A DNA stretch of 64,000 nt, taken from the NCBI GenBank assembly GCA_002269645.1, contig NIVC01003191.1:49173-113172 (forward strand), in the 5' to 3' direction. Positions 42,803 through 59,348 of this stretch are shown in pieces. The notes beneath the pieces are model-generated. The model ran no database searches and was not told the origin of the DNA. It saw only the letters and a list, made by a program, of their open reading frames with translations. Source of the stretch: Macrostomum lignano (lineage: Eukaryota). The translations under genes were made by a program, and so were the position numbers. Each line of letters opens with the position of its first letter. Positions within the stretch are counted from its first letter, which is position 1.

Positions 42803-45800
42803 TTAGCGGGCAAAGTCGAACCTGCTTTTGAAAGTAATATTGTGCGCATTGATTGGCTGCTCATTGTCATACAGCGCTGGAGCCTGAAGGAGCATCCCTG
42901 CTGAGCCTGAAAAGTTTTAATACGTATTTAGTTAGTTTTTTTCTAGTGGAGCCACAAAATGCTAAAAAAGCCTGTGAAAGACAAATAAAATGAGTTTGTT
43001 CGACTGCTCACTTACCAAGGACAAAAACAATAGAAAATATTGTGAAAAACAGACGATCCAAGACTCTTGTTACAAATTTCCAGTCGTCAATGACCTAAAA
43101 AGTCATTAGTTGAAAAATAAATTTATCAGATTAAAGTTTCAAACGTCTTTTGACCGACACAAGCGGGCTTTCTAACAGCTTAAACAACTCTATTGTAAAG
43201 TTACGGGTGTGTAACGTAAACTGTAGAGTATGTCGTATCAAAGTCAATTAAACAGTCGTCGATCGTTCTACTAAACGCTTAACTTGCTACTAATAACAGT
43301 AGGCTATTTAGTTTTTTATAAGTCGTATAAACAGTCATGTCACGGTATTAAAGCTGGAAGGCACTCTCAAAATACCTCCCTAGCGCCTCTATGTCGGAAG
43401 TGATTCTGTGGGTCGCTTTTTAATCAGGAAAACATTATCATTGGGTTGATTTCTCCAGGATTCGAGGTCATACCTCTTTGTCAGCCATATCGTCTCGCAT
43501 GTGCTTGGCGATATACTGCGCCCCGGCAACGGCGTCTTTGATAGCCCGCCTCACTGTCGGATGGCTTGCCGAATCGACATTCGTCCCGGCGTGGTGCATC
43601 GAAGCCGACCCGGCAGTAGCAGCGAACTCTGGTCGGAGCTTCCAGCAGGACTCGCCAGCCAGATGATCGTCTTGGCTGTAACCGTCGGCTAAATCAGCGC
43701 CGCTGGCATTCTCAGCGCGCAGCAGCGAGTCCAAGTCCTTCGTCATTCGACGTCTCAAGAAAGCTTCACGATCGGCAGATGCGTCGTCGGCTCTGCTGAT
43801 GCCGGCAAGGCCGAATCGACGATGCTGCAGCGGCGAATGCTGATTGGGGGCCGCGGCGGCGGCGGCGGCTGCTGCTGACGATGATGGACGAAGAAGTCGC
43901 CAGCTGGCGGAGTCGCTGTTGTCACCGCTGTCTCCAAAGACGGTGTTTAAGGGGACGGATGTCACTGCGGCGGCTGATGCAGCAGACTTTGGAGATGATT
44001 TTTTGTCATTTTCGTCATCTGACTTCTGAAATAATCATGCAGTATGTGATTAGAGTTGCCTTTTACACGTAAACACTGCCGGTTCAGTCAGTGCACTTTG
44101 TAAGGCTGGGGGTGGCTGGGGAAACAGAGAGAAATGCCTCAGCTTCTTAGTTTGACTCTAGGCCCAACTAAGCATTTAAAGCCATAAAGCTGGCTTCTTC
44201 CACTGCAACGGATGGGCACCCCGAAACATAATTACTAAAACCTGGCTGTCGCCGCCTTTGGTGCTAAAGCCACTTGGTGCTAAAGCCACTTGGTGCTAAA
44301 GCCACTTGGTGCTAAAGCCACTTGGTGCTAAAGCCACTTGGTGCTAAAGCCACTTGGTGCTAAAGCCACTTGGTGCTAAAGCCACTTGGTGCTAAAGCCA
44401 CTTGGTGCTAAAGCCACTTGGTGCTAAAGCCACTTGGTGCTAAAGCCACTTGGTGCTAAAGCCACTTGGTGCTAAAGCCACTTGGTGCTAAAGCCACTTG
44501 GTGCTAAAGCCACTTGGTGCTAAAGCCACTTGGTGCTAAAGCCACTTGGTGCTAAAGCCACTTGGTGCTAAAGCCACTTGGTGCTAAAGCCACTTGGTGC
44601 TAAAGCCACTTGGTGCTAAAGCCACTTGGTGCTAAAGCCACTTGGTGCTAAAGCCACTTGGTGCTAAAGCCACTTGGTGCTAAAGCCACTTGGTGCTAAA
44701 GCCACTTGGTGCTAAAGCCACTTGGTGCTAAAGCCACTTGGTGCTAAAGCCACTTGGTGCTAAAGCCACTTGGTGCTAAAGCCACTTGGTGCTAAAGCCA
44801 CTTGGTGCTAAAGCCACTTGGTGCTAAAGCCACTTGGTGCTAAAGCCACTTGGTGCTAAAGCCACTTGGTGCTAAAGCCACTTGGTGCTAAAGCCACTTG
44901 GTGCTAAAGCCACTTGGTGCTAAAGCCACTTGGTGCTAAAGCCACTTGGTGCTAAAGCCACTTGGTGCTAAAGCCTCCTCGATGGCGTCTCTTACGACGG
45001 TGCCCCAAGATGGCGCCCCTCGCTGTCGCCCCGCACTGGTAAACTTCAAGGATGCCTCCTCACTAAAAAATCCTGGCTTCGCCGCTGTCTACTGAACTTG
45101 CCCTTTGTCACTTCAACCACCGTGTCCATCCAAAGCGATATTTTACTCACAATTCCATCAAATCGAGTCGTATTTGGCCGATTAATGAGCAAGATTTTAG
45201 GCAGCAAAGTAAGAAATATCCACTTCGTCATTGGCGACATTCGATGCGTGGCGGGAGTTCGTTCGTTAAAGTTCATCTCAATAACGGTGATAACGATTGA
45301 GAGCATGACAAGTACGAGAGTGAACAGCAGGTACTTGCCAATCAGCGGTACAACTAGCGATGTAGGCGGGATGGATTCTGCCAGCACTAAAAAGAAGAAG
45401 GTCACGGCAATGAGGATGGAGATGCTGAGCGTGTTTTTCTCGCCACTATCGCCTGGCAGGTAGAATACAAACAGAGACAAGAAGCTGATTGCCACGCAAG
45501 GAAATATAAGATTAATCAAGTAGAACATGGTCTTTCGGCGTATGACAATGGTGAAGGTGATGTCTGGGTAGGGCTCAGGGCAGCAGGGATAGGTCTTCAG
45601 GTTGCGCTCGGCTGGAACGTGTAGCAAATCCCATTCTGTGGAGTCGATTAGTCCGTCGATGTTGATGCCGTACTCAACCACGGGTGACGAATCGTTGGTC
45701 TGCGACACGTGTCGAAGGTCAACCTGAATTGAAGGAAGAGGACTAAAGTACATTTAAGCAAAGTACATTTCCAGTCCAAAAATGTACTGTGGAAAAAGAA

Positions 45801-48800
45801 CATTTGAGATGCTGAAAGAATTAAAAGAATATTGCATTGGTATTGCCCCTTAGTTTGCTTTGAAGACTCTAAAGACTACAGAAGCCTAGTAGGGGTTGCA
45901 GTCTAGTGGTTAGAGTGTCCAACTCACGACTGAAAGGTTGGGGGTTCGATTCTCGACCCACTCGAAATAATTTGCGTCCTCGAGCAAGACACTTAACTCT
46001 GCATTGCTTCAGTTTACCTAGCTGTAAAATGGGTGCCAGCATTAGCTGGGGTAATTGAGGGCGTGTGAAAAGCTTTATTCTGTATCTCTAATAAAGTCTC
46101 CAAAACTAAGTCAACTCACCTGAAGTCCATCGTAGGTCCAGCTTCCGAACTTCATCGCGCAGCGCTGCTTGTCAAATGGAAAAAACTCCACGTCAATTTG
46201 ACAGGAGGATTTGAATATGGCCGGCGGCTCCCACACAACTATACCACTGCTGTACAGCAGAGCCTTTGTTCCTTTGTTCACTTCGTAGTTGCCATCGGCA
46301 CTGAAGGGTAATTTGATAGGGTGTGGTAGTTGGATTAAAAATGAAGTCATGTGCGTATCAAAGTTAAAAGTACTCAGTTAAAATAGCACATTTTACAGTA
46401 AGCAAGCGTCAGAGCTATTGGTTAAGCAGCATAGCTTATGGACCTTAAGCCAAGCTATATCGGTTACACATTAAAAGTCTAATTTGACCTTTCTGGATAA
46501 ATTGTCTTAGACGATATGTAGCGTTAAACGTTTGTAATGGGAAATTTTTGCGCAACACAAATATATTTTGGAAGGTTAGACTCTGTTTAGTTTACAACCA
46601 ACTCAAACCGAACGCTAAGTTTTGTTTAAATCTGTCGCGCACTTATTAAACAGGACTACGTCAGGCTGCCAAATATCTGATGGCGGAATTCTAAACTGCG
46701 TTATCTGGCCGTAGTCTTTCGGGTTCCAGCGCAGTCTTGGCTCGTTCCAGATCTGAAAAGGATGTCGCGTTTCGGAGTAATCTGCGATTCTTTTCCATGC
46801 CTTCATCGAGTTGAACTCGTTTGACTTCTCAAGCATCGGGATGACTAACGATATCTTCGATTAGTGAACTGTGAGTTGCATTGTACAGCATTTTCTACAT
46901 AAACTATAATCAAATTTTGACGCAAGTTGACCAAGTTTTTAGTAAACAGTTATCCAAAAAAATATATACTTTTGCGTTGAATTTTGCTTAAATCATGGTT
47001 TTAGAAAGCTTTGACAATACAAATCCTACCTTTTGAACCCAGACGTTAGTAGTCATAATTTGATTTTTTTCGTCCTGAAATGAAAGGAAAAACGGGGTGC
47101 ACAAAACTTAATAAAAAGATTTGAGTTCTAACGTGGAGTTGAGGCGGCTTTAGTCAGGATTTTAAAGTTACGTATTGAGGGAAAATATCATGCCATTAGC
47201 ACCAAGGGCGCCAGCACCAGGGGCGCCAGCACCAGGGGCGCCAGCACCAGGGGCGCCAGCACCAAGGGCGCCAGCACCAGGGGCGCCAAAGCTACTACAA
47301 AGGGTGCCAAATACTTTTATAACAAAGTGAGGGTCGTAGCCCTTCTTGTTCTCCCTGGCTACGCCCCTTCGCACTTCAACTGTGACTCACAATGTCAATT
47401 AGCTGGCCCAGTTTCAAGCTTAAGTACACTGTGAGCGTATCCGAATGGTTGTTTACTGGCCTGATTAAACCATTGTAGTCGCGTTTCACAAGCACGTCTT
47501 CGTAGAGGCGTTTGGCATCGGGATTGGCGCTGACGGAACCTGCAAAATGTTTTTTTCCTAAACATGAGCAATTCTTTCGGTTTCATTTGGCATAATGTAT
47601 CCGATTCAGCTTTTTTGAACAAAGTGCATTCGTTGAATAATATAATACCTTTTATCAACATATAGAACAATACTTCAGATTAACACTGTCTTTGTTTTAA
47701 GCTTGGAGACGTTAATATGATCATTTTATTTCTCTTCTGTGTTGTATTGCTCTTTATTGAGCACATAAATTCGTTTATCAGTGAGTTCATGAGTGAGTTC
47801 ATGAGTGAATTCATGAGTGAGTTCATGAGTGAGTTCATGAGTGAGTTCATGAGTGAGTTCATGAGTGAGTTAATGAGTGAGTTCATGAGTGAGTTCATGA
47901 GTGAGTTCATGAGTGAGTTCATGAGTGAGTTCATGAGTGAGTTCATGAGTGAGTTCATGAGTGAGTTCATGAGTGAGTTCATGAGTGAGTTCATGAGTGA
48001 GTTCATGAGTGAGTTCATGAGTGAGTTCATGAGTGAGTTCATGAGTGAGTTCATGAGTGAGTTCATGAGTGAGTTCATGAGTGAGTTCATGAGTGAGTTC
48101 ATGAGTGAGTTCATGAGTGAGTTCATGCGTGAGTTAATGAGTGAGTTCATGAGTGAGTTCATGAGTGAGTTCATGAGTGAGTTCATGCGTGAGTTAATGA
48201 GTGAGTTCATGAGTGAGTTCATGAGTGAGTTCATGAGTGAGTTCATGAGTGAGTTCATGAGTGAGTTCATGAGTGAGTTCATGCGTGAGTTAATGAGTGA
48301 GTTCATGAGTGAGTTCATGAGTGAGTTCATGAGTGAGTTCATGAGTGAGTTCATGAGTGAGTTCATGAGTGAGTTCATGCGTGAGTTAATGAGTGAGTTC
48401 ATGAGTGAGTTCATGAGTGAGTTCATGAGTGAGTTCATGAGTGAGTTCATGAGTGAGTTCATGAGTGAGTTCATGAGTGAGTTCATGAGTGAGTTCATGA
48501 GTGAGTTCATGAGTAAGTTCATGAGTGAATTCATGTGTGAGTTTATGAGTGAGTTCATGAGTGAGTTCATGAGTGATCGTTCATGAGTGAGTTCATGAGT
48601 GAGTTCATGAGTGAGTTCATGAGTGAGTTTATGAGTGAGTTCATGAGTGAGTTCATGAGTGAGTTCATGAGTGAGTTCATGAGTGAGTAAATAAGTGAGT
48701 GAGTTCATGAGTGAGTTCATGAGTGAGTTCATGAGTGAGTTCATGAGTGAGTTCATGAGTGAGTTCATGAGTGAGTTCATGAGTGAGTTCATGAGTGAGT

Positions 48801-49244
48801 TCATGAGTGAGTGAATGAGTGAGTGAGTTCATGAGTGAGTGAGTGAGTGAGTGAGTGAGTGAGTGAGTGAGTGAGTGAGTTCATGAATGAGTTTATGAGT
48901 GATTTCATGCGTGAGTTCATGAGTGAGTTCATAAGTGAGTTCATGAGTGAGTTCATGCGTGAGTTAATGAGTGAGTTCAAGAGCGAATTAATGAGTGAGT
49001 TCATGAGTGAGTTCATGAGAAAGTTCACTTTAAAACAAAAACAAATTTGAGTCTATGGCTGAAATTTTGAATTGATATACCGGTAGTTTACTCAATAATA
49101 ACTATTTAAAAAACTCATATTAACATCTTGAACAGCCGGAATGCCTATACATGTACAATAAATGTGCGCAATTTTCAAATAGGCATTGGTTGACTCACCG
49201 AGTAACAGACAGATAATTATGAGGCACCAATGACAGTGGCGCAT
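42803..49244 (-). CDS. Nicotinic acetylcholine receptor alpha subunit (9 coding exons)
   Basis: Exons 49244-49199, 47539-47391, 47074-47030, 46752-46643, 46300-46120, 45723-45151, 44025-43474, 43094-43016, 42906-42803, all phase-consistent. Motifs [22 protein letters not shown], Cys-loop [22 protein letters not shown], loop C YPCCPEPY (vicinal Cys = alpha), M1-M3, and [11 protein letters not shown] before M4. Confidence 0.96.
44258..44975. repeat. Perfect 16-bp tandem repeat in nAChR alpha intron 6
   Basis: GCCACTTGGTGCTAAA, ~45 copies with no visible variant. Confidence 0.98.
45892..46072 (+). mobile_element. tRNA-derived CORE-type SINE, family A, 3'-truncated copy
   Basis: Head GGGGTTGCAGTCTAGTGGTTAG..GGTTCGATTC (A/B boxes), followed by CTCGAGCAAGACACTTAACTCTGCATTGCTTCAGTTTACCTAGCTGTAAAATGGG, which resembles the MIR/CORE domain. 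Second copy at 59880-60227. Confidence 0.8.
47198..47288. repeat. 15-bp GC-rich tandem repeat
   Basis: GGGGCGCCAGCACCA, ~6 copies, in nAChR alpha intron 2. Confidence 0.9.
47780..49025. repeat. 12-bp minisatellite in nAChR alpha intron 1
   Basis: GAGTTCATGAGT, ~100 copies by length, with an inner (GAGT)n patch. Confidence 0.97.
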
Positions 49245-49840
49245 TTCATTAATCAGATTGGTATGGCTAGTTCTAACTGGGTTCTATCGCTAAATCTTAT
49301 CTCTGAACGAAATCTTCGAATAGCAGGTTTGACAGCTCAGTTGAAGCAGAAAACTCTCTCTTCTCTGTAGTTGTATAAAACATGCCATGAGACAGGTTGG
49401 TCTTCCGCAGATGCTTGCTCTTCGCGCACCTGTCTGCCCCCTGGCAACTATAATTTTTCTATCTACGGTTTTGCTAAGAACGGGCATGTGTGTACAAATT
49501 GCGTATTAGAGGGCTTTGTACATTAGACACGAAGCTCTACGTAGTTGTATGTAAAGCGTTCGAAGTATTTTCGTGCGCAGAGAATGCCGATATGTCTCTC
49601 TGCGCGTCTCTTCTCTCGCGTACGATTAAGACCCTCCTCACAAGCATTTGTTTGCACTGCACAAACCAATGAGAATAAAAGTAAACTGGCGTCAGTTCTA
49701 TCTTAGCTACTTGCCATAGTCCACTCTGGCAACTTTCAGGCCAGAAAGAGACTCAACTTGCTTCTGAAGTGAAGAAGAGGACAGAAGCCATTTGTTCGGT
49801 AGGTTACTTCTACTAGGACTAAATTTATCCTCAACAGGCA

Positions 49841-50713
49841 ATGGAAATCTTGAGCAGCTACTCAGCCTCTACCATCAAGCTGGGTCTGGCGGCCGCGGGT
49901 ACGGCAGCCGTTGTCGTCTTCGCTCTGCGTCGAATTGCCAAGCGCAAAGGCTCCGGCCTTCGAGTGGCCAACTATGAGAAGAACATGGTGTACTTGTTCA
50001 ACTTTCCCAGCTGTCGAACTATCGTCAGCATTTCGCCGTTCGGACTGAAGCTGGAAACCTGGCTTCGAATGCACCAGATTCGGTACACAGCAATCCGGAA
50101 GACTTACGTCTGGAGCCGCAAAGGCCAGATTCCTTTTGTTGAGCTCAACGGACAGGAGTACAATGAGTCTAATCTCATCATTGCCGAGCTGCAAAAGTAC
50201 TTTGGAGTTGATGACGGACTGTCTGAGCAGGAGCAGGGCTTAGCCAGAGGTCTGGAGATGATGCTTGAAAACCAGACAGTATTTAGCTATTTCTATTACC
50301 GCTATGTTGAAGCGGCTCGCGAGTTTGTACAGACCTGGGAGTTCTCCGGATTTCTGCTGCGCTGGGTGCTGTACCGATTCTTCCCTCCAGGATTCCGCCA
50401 CCGGCTCAAGCACCACGGCATCGGGCGCAACACGGTGCCGGAGATCTACTCCATGGGTTTCGAGGACATCCGCGCTCTGTCCCGCGTGCTTGGCAGCAAG
50501 AAGTTCCTGTTCGGCGAGCGGATGACTGCGGCAGATTGCTACGCTTTCGGTCATCTGGCTCAAATCCTCTACGTCCCGGTGGACTATCCGCACAAGCAGT
50601 TCATGCGAGAGCAGACGCCGAACCTGTGCGAATACGTAACCAGAATCAAGGAAACGCTCTGGCCAGACTGGGATCAACTGTGCATGGATAATCTGCTCGG
50701 TTCTAATAATTGA
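49841..50713 (+). CDS. FAXC: Failed axon connections homolog (metaxin-like GST fold), 290 aa, intronless
   Basis: N-terminal hydrophobic anchor, then VYLFNFP..SISPFGLKLETWLRM, SRKGQIPFVELNG, GIGRN, DIRALSRVLGSKKFLFG, ADCYAFGHLAQI, NLCEYVTRIKETLWPDWD. Confidence 0.9.
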   Translation: MEILSSYSASTIKLGLAAAGTAAVVVFALRRIAKRKGSGLRVANYEKNMVYLFNFPSCRTIVSISPFGLKLETWLRMHQIRYTAIRKTYVWSRKGQIPFVELNGQEYNESNLIIAELQKYFGVDDGLSEQEQGLARGLEMMLENQTVFSYFYYRYVEAAREFVQTWEFSGFLLRWVLYRFFPPGFRHRLKHHGIGRNTVPEIYSMGFEDIRALSRVLGSKKFLFGERMTAADCYAFGHLAQILYVPVDYPHKQFMREQTPNLCEYVTRIKETLWPDWDQLCMDNLLGSNN

Positions 50714-51431
50714 ATAAGTTCGGAATATGAATTCAGATGATGGTTAGTACATACTTTCGCTATGGGCTGACAGATTTAAAAGACTCGACACTTCATCGAC
50801 TGTCACTTTAATCTTTGCGATCTTCTTTTAGAGTTTAGAGTGCGATCTTTCTTTTATTTTCAGATTCAGCACTTCCAGTTGTTATCAGTGCTAGTCTCCT
50901 ATTGAACTCGAACTTTCTTTAGCACCAATAGTATTATCTCTTGATTTAGCAAAGGCATGCTGTATGCATGTTGTTAAAGTTTATCTTTATTATTAAATAA
51001 ACTTTTATTAAACGAGATATTGCTTGATTCTTCTTGAAACTATAAAACCATCGCCAAAATACTACTCTGAGTAGCAAATAGGGCATTCATCTAGCTGTCT
51101 ACAATAAATATCAATTATTAAACTAAAAGCAATCCGTATTTTTCGTGCTACCATTATCGGCGATTTTACAACTACTTCTAGGCTTCTAAAGTACACACCT
51201 TATTTTGAGTGGATCCATTTTCATGGCGTTTGTAATGCTCAGCGTTTAAGTTTAGATGCAATCCACATGGTAACTCTAGCAATAAGCATAACAATAAAAG
51301 GTTTGCAGCAAGCAAATTATAGAGCTATTGGTGCTATAGTAGCTACATAGGCCTAGGCTAGATATTTTATATAGATCGAACTTTCCAATACGAATCAATC
51401 ATTTGCGTTCCACCATCTTCTCTGGATATAT

Positions 51432-52449
51432 TCACTGATATGTGGGCTGGTACAGGTGCTCCAAACCGCTGAGAGCCTTTGCGCACAGCTCATCAAATCG
51501 CTTGCTGCTCTCGGCGTCAAACCAGTTGCGCCAGTCGCCCACCTCGCCCTTCCGATAGAAACCGGTGGTAGCGCTGGAGTTGAAGAACTCGCTAAGGTCA
51601 GTGCCTCGATCCTGGCGCATCCGTTCAAATGTCACCTGCTTGCAGATGTCGGCCAGCAGCTGGTCGGAAATGGCGGCAGCGTTGGCCTCCGGGCTGTCCA
51701 GCAAAAAGTCGGCGATTCGTCGTATCTGGCCGGCCGGATCGGCCTTGAGCTTCTCGAACTCCACCAGCAGGATGTTGGAATGGCAGCCGCTGTTTATGGC
51801 TGCAAGAAATTCCCTGGTGTGTTCGAACCACGAGCCTCCATCGACTAATCCCTGGATAAATGTAATTGGCGAATTCGAAAATCTTTAGATCTGGATGCGG
51901 CTGTTAGAGCAAAACAGAGGTCGGTAGGAATACCTTTTCGTATAGACCCAGAAAGCCTTTGAAGCTGCCCTTGTACTCGTAGTCGTCGATGGAGATATAG
52001 TGATGATACAGGGACACGGCGGCATCCTTGGGATTTCGTACCGCAAACAGGGCCTTGTTGGTTGCCAGCAGCTTCTCGGGCAGTATCGAGTAGCGCAGAT
52101 GACAATTGAGCACTCGGGGTGAGGCGAACTTTTCAAAGCAGTGAAAGTCCTGCGCCTCGAGCATGGCATCCTCCTTGAGCGCAGGTCGCTGCTTAGCCTG
52201 TTTGGTGAGCACAAAGTGGCAGATATCATTGAGCCAGTGGGTCCCGCACTTTAGATGAGCATAAATGAAAACATCATCCTGTCTTGGCTGAAACGCCTCG
52301 CAAAGCCTATCGAGATTTTCCTCCGCGCCGGGGAAGTCAGACACAAAGTAGCCTCGCCAGAGTCTGTTCTTCACGCTGGCTCCTTCGCCATCTTTGTTAT
52401 AGACGACTCCTCTAGCTGGTTGTCCGCTGGAGTTCAGAACCGGTTCCAT
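51432..52449 (-). CDS. Cytosolic sulfotransferase (two exons)
   Basis: Exon 52449-51934 (AAG|gtattc), 82-nt intron, exon 51851-51432 (atccag|GGA). 5'-PSB-like motif KCGTHW, SPRVLNCHL, 3'-PB RNPKDAAVSLYH, GSWFEH, C-terminal FYRKGEVGDW. Confidence 0.93.
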
Positions 52450-53502
52450 GTTGACCCGCTATTGATCAAATTCAAGTAGAAGCGTAAGACTTTTCACTTG
52501 GAGTTGAAGCCGCAGGATTCGGGGCAGGACGCTGAAAGCTTTGCTCTTTTATGAATCAGTCAGATTGTTCTGACGCTTATCGCTTATCGGCTCCTGGATT
52601 TTGCGGCTTAACTAACTGGCCCACTAATTGAGGCTCAGCATGAGAACCAACCAGGCCAGCTGGCGATTGCATCTGAGGATTTACCCGATGCTGCCTGGGA
52701 TCAGAAAGCAATTTCTAGAGGGCATTGGCCGCATGCCCAGGGCGGCTGGCTCTGACGGGATCAGGACAGATAGCTAGCTAGCCGTCAGACTGTAGAGCTG
52801 AAATCCAATTTCCCACACCTAATCCTTTGTTTACAAGTTCAGAAGAAATGACGAACTTTTGATTGAGCTGCCCGCCTGCAGAGGTTCATTCTGTGCTTGA
52901 ATAAAATCCGAGTTATTTATTTAAACCTGGTCGACAAAGTACATACAATTTAATCAATGCAAGACGAACATGTTAATTGGCTTTTACATAGTTTAATGCG
53001 CTTGTTAGACGACTAAGCAAAAACACGGAATTCTATCACAAAGCCAAGTGACCTTGACACCAATATTAATATGAGCTGCAGGCCTGCTGAACACTATTTT
53101 GACTCCTAGATGGCTAGAAAGGCCTTAGTTACTCGAATAGATTTTCAACTAATATACCCCACATCCTGGTTGCAGTCTCTAAACACACCCAAGTGATAAA
53201 GTCAAGCGTAAATTATGGTTTCGTGGTAGCCGAACTAAATTAATAAGCGTCATACGTTGCTACAAGCAATGTATTATTAATGCATATAACTGAATGATTT
53301 ATATAACTATATAGATAGCGGAGGTGATGAGTGAATATTACAGTTCCAAGTGCGCATTAATTGATGCTAAGTGACGGTACAAGAGCTGACAAGATCTAGA
53401 AAATAATGTTCATGGCATCCGAGTAACACATACCCGTAACTAAGCTACAGTTCTGAATTTCAAAAAGTCAAAATATCAATCAGAAAAGTAAGAAGAAAAA
53501 AA

Positions 53503-53781
53503 TTAACGGGATTTCAACGATCCAGTTTGAAATTTCAGGCAAAGCTTAAACTGTGTCTGATAGTTGCGACACTTGGCAACAAAGAACGGACTTGTGTCGT
53601 CCGGACCGCGGCAGATTGCATCGCACGGCTCGCACATGCAGCTGTAGGGATCACTGTACTCGCCAGCAGAGCACTTGGAGAACACTTCGCAATCATTTGC
53701 CAGTGCGAATCCTTGAACAGAACTGGTTGTCACAGCGCTGGCGATCAACAGCAGGCAAGGAAGCAGACAGTTGGGAGACAT
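53503..53781 (-). CDS. Small secreted Cys-rich protein, 92 aa, single TNFR-type (BCMA/TACI/Grindelwald-like) module
   Basis: ATG at 53781 gives signal peptide MSPNCLLPCLLLIASAVTTSSVQG, then DCEVFSKCSAGEYSDPYSCMCEPCDAICRGPDDTSPFFVAKCRNYQTQFKLC. No TM segment before the stop. The family call is from Cys spacing only. Confidence 0.7.
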   Translation of the reverse strand: MSPNCLLPCLLLIASAVTTSSVQGFALANDCEVFSKCSAGEYSDPYSCMCEPCDAICRGPDDTSPFFVAKCRNYQTQFKLCLKFQTGSLKSR

Positions 53782-54759
53782 GGCTAAAAGCTTGAGGTTG
53801 CTGTAACTGGTTAGTGCTGCTTTACGGGACTCTCTTTGGTTCCAGATTAGCTGCCTGGCTTGGCTATATAGTTGTCTATAGAAAACCCGCGGGATTCCCT
53901 CAATAGCAAAAAATAGACATTGCGTAGGCCGAGTAGACAGTGCAATCGTACTAAGTACCTTGTTATAATACAAGGGACGCAGTCCCCTAAATAGGCCAAG
54001 TTCAGTCACTTAGGATGACTCACTAACCAAACTTCGGCTGCAGAGGATGTTCAGTCACAAGGATCTAAACGTGTATTACAGAAATAGTTGCATTTTCCTA
54101 ATTTACAAAGCGCATTCCTTCAAGATTATGTAGATTTCATACCAACATATGTCGTATTATGGCCGTCCGCGTGTCAACCGGTTTTGTGGGCGGATTTAGC
54201 ACAACGTAAATACTCGTATATAGTCAAGAGGTAAAACCTAATTATAAATACAGGCACATTACTCATTAAATCTTATTTTAGGAAAAAAAACTGTTTTTTG
54301 AGCTCTTTCATGATAGAGGGTCTCGCGACGCAAAATACATAGTTCATGGCCACCAAAATCATCTGATTTATTGATCAGGCCACCACAGTCTAGCAAGAAG
54401 TCCACTTTTTTGCACCATCCAAGGCATCGGAACTACAGCTAGACTGCAAGATCCCAGAAACCTGCCATCGTGAATAGCATCCAATGCAAAAATTGAGAAG
54501 TCGAACTCCTACGAGTGGTCTCTACGTTGTCTGAAGAATATAAAACTAATGCACGTAGAGCACAGTAATTAGTTTATTTTTTAATTGGTCAACCGCCGAG
54601 GTTACCGAGTAATAATAAATTACAGAAGCTTGAATTATACTACTTTTGGTACATAGTAGGCGTAGCGAAATAGCTGCAAATTAAATTATTAACTCTCGCA
54701 AATGAAAATGAATCAGGAATGTATCTTTTAAAAGCAATATACGAGTATATTAAAACTCT

Positions 54760-58902
<4,143 letters not shown>

Positions 58903-59348
58903 CTTTGATCTTTAGACTTTGTTATCAGAATGATTATTACTCGTAAAGAAGCAGGAATTTTTTATGGTATAGCCGAAATATTCATCCCAAATTTGAAACG
59001 GCCGGGCTGCTCTATTCGGAGCCAATGCTGCGCTAGTAAACCGACTCAATTATTTTCTTACTAAGCTGGTGAATATTTTCTTTCTATTTGCTTTACAGCT
59101 GAGCCAGAAAGGAATAAAAGAGCTGTTAAGCCTGAGTCCCTGCTCTATATATGTTCATTTGCTAGTTAGAATATTTCACGCAAGCTGCTGTACAAACCGA
59201 AAAAGGAGAGAAGATTTTAAGAACTGACTATATAGTGAGCGCTTCATATTTTTGCACCTCGAACAGCAACGAGCGAAGACGCGAGTAAAGTGGCTACTCA
59301 AACCCATCCCGCAACGTTTAGCTCTTCTACTGTAAATGGAAGCTTCAA

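Noticed and set aside
45892-45965. tRNA gene candidates (also 60155-60227 and 21360-21431)
   Set aside because: A/B boxes are present, but no convincing acceptor stem; each continues into a shared repeated body, so they are SINE heads.
47680-49028. MNSL/MSEF-repeat ORFs
   Set aside because: 12-bp repeat in nAChR alpha intron 1.
49862-50677. Antisense ORFs over FAXC (similarly over the nAChR and sulfotransferase exons)
   Set aside because: Shadow frames of GC-rich coding sequence with no independent motifs.
49841-52449. Horizontal transfer suggested by the intron-poor FAXC and sulfotransferase genes
   Set aside because: Both match animal families, and the sulfotransferase has a normal GT-AG intron.
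53782-54009. 5' extension of the 168-aa ORF
   Set aside because: Starts at a non-ATG codon; the ATG at 53781 directly precedes a clear signal peptide.
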